In this document: positions 46,283 to 57,733 of the stretch, in pieces
Layout: each line of letters begins with the position of its first letter
How positions within the stretch are numbered: the stretch's first letter is position 1
Assembly: GCA_963826115.1 (NCBI GenBank)
Contig: CAWGVS010000006.1
Coordinates: forward strand, 96,001-160,000
Source: an uncultured Candidatus Rokubacteria bacterium
GTDB lineage: Bacteria > Methylomirabilota > Methylomirabilia > Rokubacteriales > DASRDR01
Reading direction: 5' to 3'
Length of the DNA: 64,000 nt
Notes under the pieces: generated by a model
The model's input: the letters and a program-made list of their open reading frames with translations, nothing else
The model's database searches: none
What the model was told of the DNA's origin: nothing
Program-made: the position numbers and the translations under genes

Positions 46283-46839
46283 AGGAGCTGATCGAGGGCA
46301 TCCTGCGGGATCTTGGCGAGGACCCGAAGCGCGCGGGGCTCGAGAAGACCCCGGCCCGGGTCGAGGCGATGCTCCGCTTCCTCACCTCGGGCTACCAGCA
46401 GGACGTCGACGAGGTCCTGAACGGGGCGGTCTTCGCCGAGGACCACTACGACCAGATGGTGGTGGTGAAGGACATCGACTTCTACTCGCTCTGCGAGCAC
46501 CACCTGCTCCCGTTCTTCGGCAAGGCGCACGTCGCGTACGTGCCCGACCGAAAGATCCTCGGGCTGTCGAAGCTCGCGCGCCTGGTCGAGATGTTCAGCC
46601 GCCGGCTGCAGGTCCAGGAGCGCTTGACGACCCAGGTCGCGCAGGCGCTCCACGACGTGCTCCTGCCGAAGGGCGTCGGCGTGGTGATCGAGGCCTCGCA
46701 CCTCTGCATGATGATGCGCGGGGTGCAGAAGCAGAACTCGAAGGCGGTGACCTCGGCGGTGCTCGGCACGTTCCGGGACTGCCCGATGACTCGCAGCGAG
46801 TTCGTCGAGCTCCTGAAAGGACGGAGCGCCACACCGTGA
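46279..46839 (+). CDS. folE: GTP cyclohydrolase I
   Basis: [46 protein letters not shown]. Confidence 0.97.
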   Translation: MKELIEGILRDLGEDPKRAGLEKTPARVEAMLRFLTSGYQQDVDEVLNGAVFAEDHYDQMVVVKDIDFYSLCEHHLLPFFGKAHVAYVPDRKILGLSKLARLVEMFSRRLQVQERLTTQVAQALHDVLLPKGVGVVIEASHLCMMMRGVQKQNSKAVTSAVLGTFRDCPMTRSEFVELLKGRSATP

Positions 46840-47552
46840 GGCTCGCCGGCCAGGTCGCGCTGGTCGGCGGCGCGAGCCGCGGCATCGGGCGAGCCGTCGC
46901 GCTCGCCTTCGCGCGCGAGGGCGCCCGGGTGGTGCTCCTCGCCCGCGGCCGCGCCGATCTCGACCGCCTGGCCGCCGTGATCGAGGCCGGCGGCGGCGCG
47001 GCGCTGGTCGTGTCGGGCGACGCGGCGGACGAGCAGACCGCCGCGCGGGCCGTCGAGGCGGCCCTCGGGCGATTCGGACGGCTCGACTGCCTCGTGACCG
47101 CGCAGGGGACCGGTGCCTTCGGCCCGCTCGAGACGTCGAGCGTCGCCGACTGGGACGCGATGCTGCGGGGGAACCTGACCGCGACCTACCTCCTGTGCCG
47201 GTCCGCCCTCCCGCCGATGCTGACGGCCGGGCGGGGGACCATCATCGCCGTCGCCTCGCTGGCCGCGGTGCGCGCCATCCCGGGGTGTGCGGCTTACACC
47301 GCGTCCAAGGCGGGAGTCCTGGGGCTCGTGCGGGCGCTGGCGGCCGAGGTGCGGGGCCGGGGCGTGCGGGTGGCGGCGCTCAGCCCCGGAGCGGTGGACA
47401 CCCCGTTCTGGGACGGGATCCCCCACCCGCCGGATCGGACCCGAATGCTCCGGCCCGAGGCGGTCGCGGAGGCGGCCCTGCTGGTCGCCGCCCAGCCGCC
47501 GGAGGCCTTCGTCGAGGAGATCGTCCTCGCGCCGACGCCGGGCGTGCTATAG
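46836..47552 (+). CDS. SDR family oxidoreductase (candidate pterin reductase)
   Basis: GASRGIG, YTASK; GTGA overlap with folE. Confidence 0.85.
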   Translation: MRLAGQVALVGGASRGIGRAVALAFAREGARVVLLARGRADLDRLAAVIEAGGGAALVVSGDAADEQTAARAVEAALGRFGRLDCLVTAQGTGAFGPLETSSVADWDAMLRGNLTATYLLCRSALPPMLTAGRGTIIAVASLAAVRAIPGCAAYTASKAGVLGLVRALAAEVRGRGVRVAALSPGAVDTPFWDGIPHPPDRTRMLRPEAVAEAALLVAAQPPEAFVEEIVLAPTPGVL

Positions 47553-47657
47553 CCCCCGGGGGCGACCGGTCCGGATCACGACCTTTTGCTATAATGCAGT
47601 CGATCCCGGCGATTCCCGCGTGGCGCGGGCTCGCGGGACTGACAGAGGAGGCCACGA

Positions 47658-47981
47658 ATGGTCACGTTGACAGAAACTGCCGCCAAGAAGGTGGAAACGC
47701 TCCGACTCGAGGAAGGCAAGCCCGAGTGGGGGTTGAGGCTGCGCGTGGTGGGGGGCGGCTGCTCGGGCTTCTCGTACGAGCTCGGGTGGGAGGATGTCGC
47801 GCAGGAAGGCGACCAGGTCGTCGAGGCCAGCGGCGTCAAGGTCTACGTCGACCCCAACAGCGTGCAGTACGTCGGTGGGGCCCAGATCGACTACGTCGAC
47901 AGCCTGTACGGCTCCGGCTTCTCGATCAACAACCCCAACTCGAAGGGCTCCTGCGGCTGCGGCCACTCGTTCCAGGCCTGA
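47658..47981 (+). CDS. A-type Fe-S carrier (IscA/ErpA/HesB)
   Basis: GGGCSGFSY, NPNSKGSCGCGHSF; TGCTATAAT at 47587-47595. Confidence 0.95.
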   Translation: MVTLTETAAKKVETLRLEEGKPEWGLRLRVVGGGCSGFSYELGWEDVAQEGDQVVEASGVKVYVDPNSVQYVGGAQIDYVDSLYGSGFSINNPNSKGSCGCGHSFQA

Positions 47982-48023
47982 TCACCCGCGGCCCGGGGCT
48001 GATCGGGATTGACCGGGGGCGGC

Positions 48024-48275
48024 GTGCGGATCCCGGTCGCGCTCTTCGCGCGCTATCGTGAGGCGGTCGGCCGCGGCCGGGTCGAGGTCGAGGTAGGCGA
48101 GGGCGCGACCGTCGAGGACGTTTGGACGGCCTTGGCCGCCGCGCACCCCGTCCTGACCCGCTACCGGCCCCACACCCTGTTTGCGGTCGGGACCGACTAC
48201 GTCGAGGCCAGCCGCCCTGTGCACGCCGGCGAAGAGGTCGCCTGCTTTCCTCCCGTGAGCGGCGGGAGCGCCTGA
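48024..48275 (+). CDS. moaD: Molybdopterin synthase sulfur carrier (C-terminus GGSA); start 48009 or 48024
   Basis: LFARYREAVG...EEVACFPPVSGG; adjacent to moaE. Confidence 0.88.
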   Translation: MRIPVALFARYREAVGRGRVEVEVGEGATVEDVWTALAAAHPVLTRYRPHTLFAVGTDYVEASRPVHAGEEVACFPPVSGGSA

Positions 48276-48727
48276 TGTACCGCGTCGTCGAGGAGCCGCT
48301 CTCCGCGGACGCGGTCGCGCGCGCCGTCACTGTCCCCGAGGCGGGCGGCGTCGCCGTGTTCCTGGGGGTCGTGCGGGACAACACGGCGGGCCGCCGTGTC
48401 GTCGCGCTCGAGTACGAGGCGCACCTGCCCATGGCCGAAGCGAAGCTGAAGGAGATCGGCGAATCTGTCTACGCGCGCTGGCCCGGGGTTCGGCAGGTGG
48501 TCATCCTCCACCGGATCGGCCGGCTCGGTGTCGGCGAGGCGAGCGTCGCGATCGGCGTGTCGGCCGCCCATCGCCAGGAGGCCTTCGAGGCCTGCCAGTA
48601 CGCGATCGACACCGTGAAGCGCCTCGTGCCGATCTGGAAGCGCGAGCTGTTCGAGGATGGATCCGCCTGGGTGGGGCTCCAGGGCGAGTCGCCGCCGCCC
48701 GGCTGGAACGCCGGCGATGGCCGATGA
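48275..48727 (+). CDS. moaE: Molybdopterin synthase catalytic subunit
   Basis: GGVAVFLGVVRD, LEYEAH, HRIGRL, SAAHRQEAF, VPIWKRE. Confidence 0.95.
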   Translation: MYRVVEEPLSADAVARAVTVPEAGGVAVFLGVVRDNTAGRRVVALEYEAHLPMAEAKLKEIGESVYARWPGVRQVVILHRIGRLGVGEASVAIGVSAAHRQEAFEACQYAIDTVKRLVPIWKRELFEDGSAWVGLQGESPPPGWNAGDGR

Positions 48728-50168
48728 TAGGCCCGCCACGCTCGCCGTGCCGTCGCGCCTCGCCGCCGCAGTCCGGGCCGCGGTGGGCCGGCGCGAGCTC
48801 CTCGATCCGGGAGACCACGTCCTCGTAGGCGTCTCGGGCGGCCCCGACTCGGTCGCCCTCCTGCACGCATTGGTCCTCCTGCGGTCCGAGTACGCGCTCC
48901 GGGTCGAGGTGTGCCACGTGCACCACGGCCTCCGTCCGGAGGCTGACCGAGACGCCGCCTTCGTCGAGTCCCTGGGCCGGCGCCTCGGCTGTCCCGTCCA
49001 CGTCGTCCGGGTCGAGGTGCCGCGCCGCGCCGGGCGGGCGTCCGAGGCGGCGGCCCGCGCCATCCGGCACGTGGCGCTGGGCCGGGTCGCGCGGCGCACC
49101 GGCGCTCGCCGCATCGCGCTCGGCCACACGGCCGACGATCAGGCGGAGACCGTGCTCATGCGGATCCTCGAGGGCGCGGGGCCTCGCGGGCTGGCGGGGA
49201 TCCCGGCGCAGCGCGGGCGCATCGTCCGGCCGCTCCTCGACGTCGATCGGGCGGCGGTCGACGCCCACCTCGCGGCGCACGACCTCGCGTCCGTGGACGA
49301 CGCGACGAACCGCGACCCGGCGTTCTTCCGGAACCGGATTCGCCACGGGCTCTTGCCACTCCTGGCCGCCGAGGCCGGCCCCCACGTCCGGGACGCGCTC
49401 CGCCGCGTCGCCCGCGCGTCGCGCGAGACCGTGACAGCGCTGGACGCGCTCGTCCGGCCCCGACTCACCGGCCGCCTGACGCCGACGCCCGTGGGCTGGC
49501 GCCTCGCCCTCGCGGCCCTCGCGGGGTTGCCGGCGGGTGCCGTAAAGGCGCTGCTCCGGCTCACGCTTGTCGAGATCGCGGCGGCGGATTGCCTCGCCAG
49601 CGGGCTCCGGCGACCCCACCTCGACGCGCTGGCCGCGCTGCCCTCCGCGCGGACCGGAGCGCGCGTGCGCCTGCCGCACGGCGTCGTCGTCGAGCGCGGC
49701 CGCGATGCCCTCTGGGTGGTCCGCCCGGCGCGGCTCGTCGGGCCCGAGCCGCTCGCGGTTCCGGGACGCGTCCGGGCGGGGGACCTGATGGACCTGTCCG
49801 CCACGATCGAGCCCGTGCGCGGAAATCGGCCGGACGATCCTGCCTGGGAGGCCTGGTTCGACGCCGCGGGGCCCGGCATGGATCCGGCCGCGGGCGCGCT
49901 GCTCGTCCGGCCCTGGCGACCGGGCGAGGGCATGGTCCCCTTCGGCGGGGCGGGCCCGGTGCGGCTCACCACGCTCCTCGCCGCCGCCGGCGTGCCCCGG
50001 CTCGCGCGCGCGCGATGGCCGATCGTGGCCGACCGGGAAGGCGGGGTCCTGTGGCTGCCGGGCGTGCGGCGAGGCGCCCGCGCGCCGCTGACCGCCGAGA
50101 CGCGCGCGGTGCTATGCCTGCGCGCGGTGCCCGGTCCCCCTGGCGCGCCGGCCGGCGACGCCGTATGA
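48717..50168 (+). CDS. tilS: tRNA(Ile)-lysidine synthetase
   Basis: VSGGPDSVALL, HHGLR, LGHTADDQAET, VRPLL, RNRIRH. Confidence 0.93.
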   Translation: MADDRPATLAVPSRLAAAVRAAVGRRELLDPGDHVLVGVSGGPDSVALLHALVLLRSEYALRVEVCHVHHGLRPEADRDAAFVESLGRRLGCPVHVVRVEVPRRAGRASEAAARAIRHVALGRVARRTGARRIALGHTADDQAETVLMRILEGAGPRGLAGIPAQRGRIVRPLLDVDRAAVDAHLAAHDLASVDDATNRDPAFFRNRIRHGLLPLLAAEAGPHVRDALRRVARASRETVTALDALVRPRLTGRLTPTPVGWRLALAALAGLPAGAVKALLRLTLVEIAAADCLASGLRRPHLDALAALPSARTGARVRLPHGVVVERGRDALWVVRPARLVGPEPLAVPGRVRAGDLMDLSATIEPVRGNRPDDPAWEAWFDAAGPGMDPAAGALLVRPWRPGEGMVPFGGAGPVRLTTLLAAAGVPRLARARWPIVADREGGVLWLPGVRRGARAPLTAETRAVLCLRAVPGPPGAPAGDAV

Positions 50169-50289
50169 TGCGGTCCCGCTCCCTCCTGGAGCGTCTGGCC
50201 CTCGAATCCGCCCTTTCGGCGCAGGAGGGGTCCCGCGTGCCCGCTCCGGTCGTGCCTCCGGTCCGCTAGCGCGCGAGCCGTCCGACCCC

Positions 50290-51671
<1,382 letters not shown>

Positions 51672-51693
<22 letters not shown>

Positions 51694-52793
51694 CAGACCG
51701 TCCAGAGGCGCGCGAGGTCCGACAGCCGGCGCCAGCCCGGCGCCTGGCCTTCCACGTGGCCGATGAGTCCCACGATGACGGGCCGGCCCCGGGGGCCCGC
51801 CGCCGCCGCCAACCGCAGGCTTTCCGTGAAGGGGATTGCCGGGTCGTCGCGCCCGTGCACCAGGAGCAGGCGAACGTGGGTGCCCGTGAGATGCCCGGCC
51901 GGTGACAGCGCGGCGAGGAGCGCCCGCGTCTCGGGTGGCAGCGCCTCGAGGAGGACATCGACGCGCTCCGGCTCCCGGTTCTGGAGGAGCGCCAGCACCG
52001 CCCGGACCCCCGGCCCGGCCGCGCCGCCCACGGGTCGGCCCTCGATCGCGTCGAGGAGCGCGGCGCGCTCGCGCGGGTCGGACAGGAGGTCGAGATTCCG
52101 GGCGAGGAACGGCCCCGCGAGCGCGGGATCGACGGCCGCCCGGCCCGCCGTTCCGCCGAACGCGTATGCGCCGGTCGTGAAGTATCGGACCAGCTCCCTC
52201 GCGTCACCGTAGCCGCCGAGAGCCAGGACCAGGGCGACCCGTTTCGCTGGCGCCGGATCCTCGAGGGCCAGGGCGGCCGGGCCGAGCCCCACGCTGACCG
52301 CGATCATCGACAGCGGCCCCCGCCGGACGGCCGGATGCGCGGCGGTGCGCTCGATCGTCTCCCTGATGATCCGGGCGTCGTCCGGCCGGAGCCGCTGCGC
52401 GCGCAGGGCCGGCAGGTCCGGAACCGCCACCGCGAATCCGGCGCGGGCCAGCCGACCCGCCGTCCAGACGACGCGGGGGTCGCGCTTGCCCTCGGGCGTG
52501 AGCCCGTGGACGAGGAGGAGCCCCGGCCAGGGCCCGAGCCTTCGGTCGGCTGGCTGCCAGAGATCCGGCGCGGCGACGTCCGGGGCCGTCCAGCCCTCGA
52601 GCGGGCCGACGACGGGGGGCGAGGTCCGGCGCGTCAGCCAGGGCCACTCACCCTCGGTCAGGAACTCCACGAGAAATTCGAGCCCGGTCACGCCCGCCGA
52701 GATGCGGATCGTCACGGGGGCCGCAAGGAGGATCCCGAGCGTCGCCAGAGTCCAGGTGGCGGCCAGCCGGCGGATCGGCGGCGGGAGCGTCAT
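51672..52793 (-). CDS. Alpha/beta-hydrolase-like hypothetical protein
   Basis: LLVHGLTPEG, AVSVG (nucleophile-elbow-like), LVHGRDDPAIP, GHV. Confidence 0.65.
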
Positions 52794-52878
52794 CGCGCCA
52801 CTCGGTGGACGCGACGCGGGCCCGCGCCCGGCGTCAGAACGGGGGGCCGGTGTTGGGAGGGGTCGGCGTCCGGCGCGG

Positions 52879-53511
52879 TTACCGCACCGGGTTGATGCAC
52901 TTGACGAGGCACCACCCGCGCAGCAGGTTCACGCGCCGCACCACCTCGGGTGTGAGCCCGACGGTCTTCAGCAGGGGGTCGAGGACCAGGTTGGTCTTCC
53001 AGCCGAGATGGGCGCACACGGGCGCGAGGGCGTCCTCGATCCGGCGCATCACGGGGTTCCGGCTCCGGAAGTGGTTCAGGATGACGATCGTCCCGCCCGG
53101 CTTCGTGACCCGCTGCATCTCCCGGAGCACCGTCACGGGGTCCGGGACCGCGCTGATCGTGTAGGTCGCCAGCGTGGCGTCGAACTCCCCATCCCCGAAG
53201 TCCAGCGACGAGGCGTCCATCACCTTGAGGGTGACGCCGCTCATCCGGAGCTCCTGCACTCGCTCCTGCGCCTTCTTGAGCATACCCTCGGACAGATCGA
53301 TCCCGACGAGGTTCACGTCCCGCGGGTAGAGCGGCAGATTCAGGCCCGTGCCGATGCCGACCTCGAGGACCCGGCCCTTGAGCTCGGGCCCGACCATCCG
53401 CATCGCGGAGATGCGGCCAGGCTCGAAGATCTTCTTGAAGAGGAAGTCGTAGACCGGCGAGTAAAAGTCGTACGCTCGCCGGACTTGTCCTTCCTCAAGC
53501 GAAACGTCCAC
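52879..53511 (-). CDS. Class I SAM methyltransferase (PmtA-like phospholipid N-methyltransferase)
   Basis: YDFYSPVYD, VLEVGIGTGLNL, GIDLSEGML, ILNHF. Confidence 0.82.
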   Translation of the reverse strand: MDVSLEEGQVRRAYDFYSPVYDFLFKKIFEPGRISAMRMVGPELKGRVLEVGIGTGLNLPLYPRDVNLVGIDLSEGMLKKAQERVQELRMSGVTLKVMDASSLDFGDGEFDATLATYTISAVPDPVTVLREMQRVTKPGGTIVILNHFRSRNPVMRRIEDALAPVCAHLGWKTNLVLDPLLKTVGLTPEVVRRVNLLRGWCLVKCINPVR

Positions 53512-53641
53512 TCGGTCCCCCTTCGCGTCCCGATTCGGACGCAAGACACGTCGGTTCTATCACGCTCATCTCCGCCTTGCCAAGGGCGAATTTTCCTCGT
53601 AGATGCAAGCATATCCAGGGGGCTGTCGCGCTGCCGCCCGG

Positions 53642-55000
53642 CTAGGCCGGGCGCAGGAAGCGCATCAGCAGCGTGGCCAGGCCCAGGAAGGAGAGGAAGC
53701 CCGAGCAGTCCGTGAAGGTCGTGACCACCACGCCGGTAGCCACGGCCGGGTCGACCCGGAGGCCCTTCAAGGCGACCGGCACCAGGGTGCCCGCCAGGGC
53801 GGCGACCAGCATGTTGGTGATCATCGCGACACCCAGGATCAACCCGAGAAGGGGGTCGCCCTTCCAGAAGTAGGCGATCAGCCCCGCGACCGTCCCGGCG
53901 CCGATGCCGTTGGCGAGGCCGATCATGGCCTCGCGGAGGAGCACCTTCCGGGTGTTGGCCAGAGTGAGGTCGCCCAGCGCCATCGCCCGGACGATGACGG
54001 TGAAGGTCTGGATGCCGGCGTTGCCTCCCATGCCCGCCACGATGGGCATGAAGACGGCCAGGGCCGCGAGGGTCTGGATCGACGGCTCGAAGAGGCCGAC
54101 GACGGTGGCGGCCAGGATCGCCGTCGGCAGGTTCACGAGGAGCCAGAAGAGTCGGCGCCGGACGACCTTGCCGGCGGGATCGAAGATCGTCTCGTCGGCG
54201 GAGACGCCGCCGAGACGGTGGATGTCCTCGGTGGCCTCCTCGTGGATGACGTCGATCACGTCGTCGATGGTGACCGTGCCCAGCAGGCGGTGGTTCCGGT
54301 CCACCACCGGCACCGCGAGGAGGTGGTGCCTGGTGACGAGGCGCGCGACCTCCTCCTGGTCGGTGTCGGCGGTGACACTCACGACCTCCGTCCGGCGGAT
54401 CGCGTGCACGGTCGTCGACGGGTCGGCGGTGATGAGACGCCGGAGCGGGACCAGGCCGACCAGGTGGTCGTGGTCGTCCACGACGTAGACGTAGAAGACG
54501 CCCTCGCGCGTCACGGACTTCCGCACGTGGTCGAGCGCCTGCCCGACCGTCATGTCCTCGTGAACGGCGATGAACTCGGGCGTCATGATGCCGCCCGCGG
54601 TGGACTCGCCGTACTGGAGGAGCTCCTGGATCTCCTCCGCCTCCGCCGGCGGCATCTCGTGGAGAATGCGCGACGCCTGCTCCTCGGGGAGGGTCTCGAC
54701 CACGTCGGCCGCCTCGTCGGGCGGCATCTGATCGAGGATGCGCGAGACCTCGCCCTGGTCCAGCGTCTCCATCAGCGCGAGCCGGCTCCCGTCGTCCATC
54801 TCGTAGAGGACCGTGCCGGCCGCTTCGCGTGGCAGCTGCCGGAGCACGATCACCTGGTCGGGGAGCTCCAGCTCCCGGAGCGCCCCGGCGAGATCGGCGG
54901 GGTGCGCTCCGGTGACCAGGCCGGCGAGGGAGTCCCGGTCGTCATCCCGGAGCCGCCGGCGGATCTCCTCGAGGAGATGGCCGGTGTCCTGGACCTCCAT
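53642..55000 (-). CDS. mgtE: Magnesium transporter MgtE
   Basis: HPADLA, TAGGIMTPEF, CBS pair, MGGNAGIQ, VDPAVATG. Confidence 0.95.
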   Translation of the reverse strand: MEVQDTGHLLEEIRRRLRDDDRDSLAGLVTGAHPADLAGALRELELPDQVIVLRQLPREAAGTVLYEMDDGSRLALMETLDQGEVSRILDQMPPDEAADVVETLPEEQASRILHEMPPAEAEEIQELLQYGESTAGGIMTPEFIAVHEDMTVGQALDHVRKSVTREGVFYVYVVDDHDHLVGLVPLRRLITADPSTTVHAIRRTEVVSVTADTDQEEVARLVTRHHLLAVPVVDRNHRLLGTVTIDDVIDVIHEEATEDIHRLGGVSADETIFDPAGKVVRRRLFWLLVNLPTAILAATVVGLFEPSIQTLAALAVFMPIVAGMGGNAGIQTFTVIVRAMALGDLTLANTRKVLLREAMIGLANGIGAGTVAGLIAYFWKGDPLLGLILGVAMITNMLVAALAGTLVPVALKGLRVDPAVATGVVVTTFTDCSGFLSFLGLATLLMRFLRPA

Positions 55001-55009
55001 CGGCCGCGT

Positions 55010-55291
55010 CTACGGCTGGAACTGGGGGGGGGCGCTCGGGGGCGGGGAGGCGGGTGCGCTGGTCCGCGCGGGCGGTCCCGGCCGGCGGGTCCACCGCACG
55101 AACCGGGCCGCGAGGCTGGCCAGCGCCGCGGCGAGGGCCCCGGTCGCCGCCGCCGCGATGGTCACGACGGCGACCGACGCCGAGAGCTGCCAGTGGAGGA
55201 AGCGGACCGTGACCGCGTCGGGGTTCTGGAACGCGAAGACGGCGACCGCGAGCAGGAGGATCGCGACAACCGCCAGCAGGGCCTGCATCAA
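55010..55291 (-). CDS. LapA/DUF1049 family membrane protein
   Basis: AVFAFQNPDAVTVRFLHW. Confidence 0.75.
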   Translation of the reverse strand: MMQALLAVVAILLLAVAVFAFQNPDAVTVRFLHWQLSASVAVVTIAAAATGALAAALASLAARFVRWTRRPGPPARTSAPASPPPSAPPQFQP

Positions 55292-55921
55292 CTAGGAGCG
55301 GAAAAGATCCTGCGCGCCCGTCGTGCCGCGCTTGACCAGCTCGAGCTGGCCGTCCGGGAAGGCGCCCTTGACCACGCCAATCCCCGGCACCTGATCGGAC
55401 ACCCACACCGTGCCGTTCCGGTGCGGCGCCTTCACGGCGGTGAAGCGCCCCGCCGGCACGGTGACCTCTTCGGGAGTGCCCTGGAGGCCCGCCTGACGGA
55501 GCGGCCGGAGGCCGCCCTCCGTGGTGGAGATCACGCCCTTCTTGTCCTTGATGACGCTCTTGAGCGTCTTGCCGGAGGCGCGGTCCACGGTGACCTGGGT
55601 GACCGAGAGCGGCGCGCCGTCCACCGTGGGGCGGGTCACGATCTGGAGGACGTAGCTCTTCGCGTCGCCCCGGACGATCGAGAAGGTGACGAAGATCGGA
55701 CGGGGCCCCGTCGCCTCGCGATCGACCGACCAGGTCGCGGCCGCCCCCCCGGCCCCGGGCTGCTGCACGAGCACGGGGACGTCGACCTTGGCTGCGGATC
55801 GCCACTCGTAGGTGGCCCAGCCGCCGACTGCCGGGCCCTGCGCGGCCGCCTCGACGGCCACGCCGAGCACGAGGAGCGCGAGGAGGATTCCGCCGAGCGG
55901 ACCGAGCCCTGTGCGTCGCAT
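55292..55921 (-). CDS. Exported hypothetical protein
   Basis: Signal peptide MRRTGLGPLGGILLALLVLGVAVEAAA; EEVTVPAGRFTA...WVSDQVPGIGVVK motif; TGATG-coupled to upstream gene. Confidence 0.7.
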   Translation of the reverse strand: MRRTGLGPLGGILLALLVLGVAVEAAAQGPAVGGWATYEWRSAAKVDVPVLVQQPGAGGAAATWSVDREATGPRPIFVTFSIVRGDAKSYVLQIVTRPTVDGAPLSVTQVTVDRASGKTLKSVIKDKKGVISTTEGGLRPLRQAGLQGTPEEVTVPAGRFTAVKAPHRNGTVWVSDQVPGIGVVKGAFPDGQLELVKRGTTGAQDLFRS

Positions 55922-57633
55922 CAGCGTCCCCTCACGAGGAAGTGCGCGCGCCGGTTGATGGCCCAGGCCAGCTCGTCGTGGCCGCCATCGACCGGCTGCT
56001 GCTCGCCGTAGGAAAGGGTGTCCACGCGGCTCGCGTCGATGCCAAGCGCGACGAGGTATGCCTTCGCCGCCTGAGCCCGCTGCTCGCCGAGCGCCATGTT
56101 GTACTCGACGGTCCCGCGCTCGTCCGCGTGCCCCTCGACCGTCACCGCGTACTGCGGGTTCGCCTTGAGCGCCTGGGCGAGCTCGTCGAGCGCGACCTTC
56201 GCGTCGTCGGTCAGCGTGTACTGGTCGAACTGGAAGTTGAGGTCCCGCAGCGCCGACCGGAGAGACGGCGGCAGCGCGGCCGGCGGGATGGCGGCCATCG
56301 CCCCGCCCGCACCGGGTCCGCCGGCGCCCGGCGCGCCCGCCCCACCCGCACCCGGCCCACCGGCCCCACCGGCTCCTGGACCACCCGCACCCGGCGCGCC
56401 TGCCCCGCCCGCACCGGGTCCACCGGCACCGGGCGCGCCTGCGCCGCCCGCACCGGGTCCACCGGCACCGGGTGCGCCTGCCCCGCCCGCGCCGGGTCCA
56501 CCCGCGCCTGGCGCGCCTGCCCCGCCCGCACCGGGTCCACCCGCGCCTGGCGCGCCTGCCCCGCCCGCACCGGGTCCACCGGCACCGGGTGTGCCCGCCC
56601 CACCCGCGCCGGGTCCACCCGCGCCTGGCGCGCCTGCGCCACCGGCGCCCGGAGCACCGGCGCCACCCGCGCCCGGCCCGGCCGTCGCCTTCGAGACGAA
56701 CGGCGAGCCCACGTTCATCTGGTAGCTGACGAGGGCGAACGCGCCCCAGTCCGGCGCGTCGTTCGTAAAGCCCTTCCGGCCGGCCAGGCTGATGATGAAG
56801 TTGCCGAACCGGAGGCGCACGCCGGCGTTCATGCCGGCGATCCAGTCGGAGTGCCGGTCCTGCTCCGTCCGCCAGTTGGTGTTCGCGGTGGCCTCGGTGA
56901 GGAGCGAGACGTGCGGCGTGATGACGTACTCGAGCCCGAGGCCCGACACGAACTGGTCCTGGACCTGCGCCGCGCCGCGGCCGTTGTACTGGTAGCCCGC
57001 GCTCGCGAACGCGCTGAGCGGCCCGACGATGGTCTTGCTGGCGGCGAGGGCCAGGCCCGCGCTCCACTCGTTGGTGCCCAGCCCTTCCTTGCGCTGGGCC
57101 GTCGGCGCCACCGCGTACCCGATGACGGACAGCGCCGGCCGCCACCCGCTCTCGTCGAGGAAGCGATAGCCGGCCCCGAAGCTCAGGTCGTCGGGACCGC
57201 TCCCGTCGAAGTCGGCCTTGTCCGAGTGGTACCAGGTGTACGGGGCCTGGAGCGAGAGCTGGAGCCGATCGGTCAGCGCGTAGCCCAGTGAGAGGAAGAG
57301 CGTGTTCTGGTCGAAGATGCCGTCTTCCTGCTGACACGTCGCGCGCTGGCCGAGGTAGCCAAGCCCGATCGACAGGTCGCCGCCGGGCAGCTGGTTCGCT
57401 CCGGGCACGACGAACCCGGCGGTGCCGTTGATCGGGATGTGCGGGATCGGATCGGCGAGAGGCTGCCCGCCGGGGAGCAGCGCCAGACCGCCGCGCGGGG
57501 CGGTGCCGCACGCGGAGAACGCCTGGACTGGTGCCGGCAGAAGGAGCAGCGCAAGGGCTGCGACCCCGAGAAGAGCCACCCACCCGCGGTGCGTTGTCAC
57601 GCTCGTCGTCCTCCGGTCGTGGACACGGACCAT
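55921..57633 (-). CDS. Outer-membrane beta-barrel + Gly/Ala/Pro repeat linker + OmpA/Pal C-terminal domain
   Basis: Signal peptide; amphipathic beta strands; FQFDQY, VEGHADERGTVEYNMALGEQRA, SYGEQQP, AWAINRRAHF. Confidence 0.88.
   Translation of the reverse strand: MVRVHDRRTTSVTTHRGWVALLGVAALALLLLPAPVQAFSACGTAPRGGLALLPGGQPLADPIPHIPINGTAGFVVPGANQLPGGDLSIGLGYLGQRATCQQEDGIFDQNTLFLSLGYALTDRLQLSLQAPYTWYHSDKADFDGSGPDDLSFGAGYRFLDESGWRPALSVIGYAVAPTAQRKEGLGTNEWSAGLALAASKTIVGPLSAFASAGYQYNGRGAAQVQDQFVSGLGLEYVITPHVSLLTEATANTNWRTEQDRHSDWIAGMNAGVRLRFGNFIISLAGRKGFTNDAPDWGAFALVSYQMNVGSPFVSKATAGPGAGGAGAPGAGGAGAPGAGGPGAGGAGTPGAGGPGAGGAGAPGAGGPGAGGAGAPGAGGPGAGGAGAPGAGGPGAGGAGAPGAGGPGAGGAGAPGAGGPGAGGAGGPGAGGAGAPGAGGPGAGGAMAAIPPAALPPSLRSALRDLNFQFDQYTLTDDAKVALDELAQALKANPQYAVTVEGHADERGTVEYNMALGEQRAQAAKAYLVALGIDASRVDTLSYGEQQPVDGGHDELAWAINRRAHFLVRGR
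56300..56680 (-). repeat. Coding tandem repeat, ~39-bp unit (GAGGAGAPGAGGP) x ~8
   Basis: Visible in both the translation and the DNA, with synonymous variation between units. Confidence 0.92.
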
Positions 57634-57733
57634 CTACGGTTCACGCCGACCCGAGGCCCCGAGGCCACCGGAGGCCCCGCTCAGACGCCTCGAGTCAGCA
57701 TAGCACCGGAGGCGCGGCGGACGGTAGCCTCGG

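Noticed and set aside
56300-56680. CRISPR array or collagen-like repeat
   Set aside because: No unique spacers; it is an in-frame coding repeat, and its period is 13 aa rather than Gly-X-Y.
57651-57680. Short imperfect GAGGCC(C/A)CC repeats upstream of the OmpA-like gene
   Set aside because: Too short and too GC-rich to distinguish from chance.
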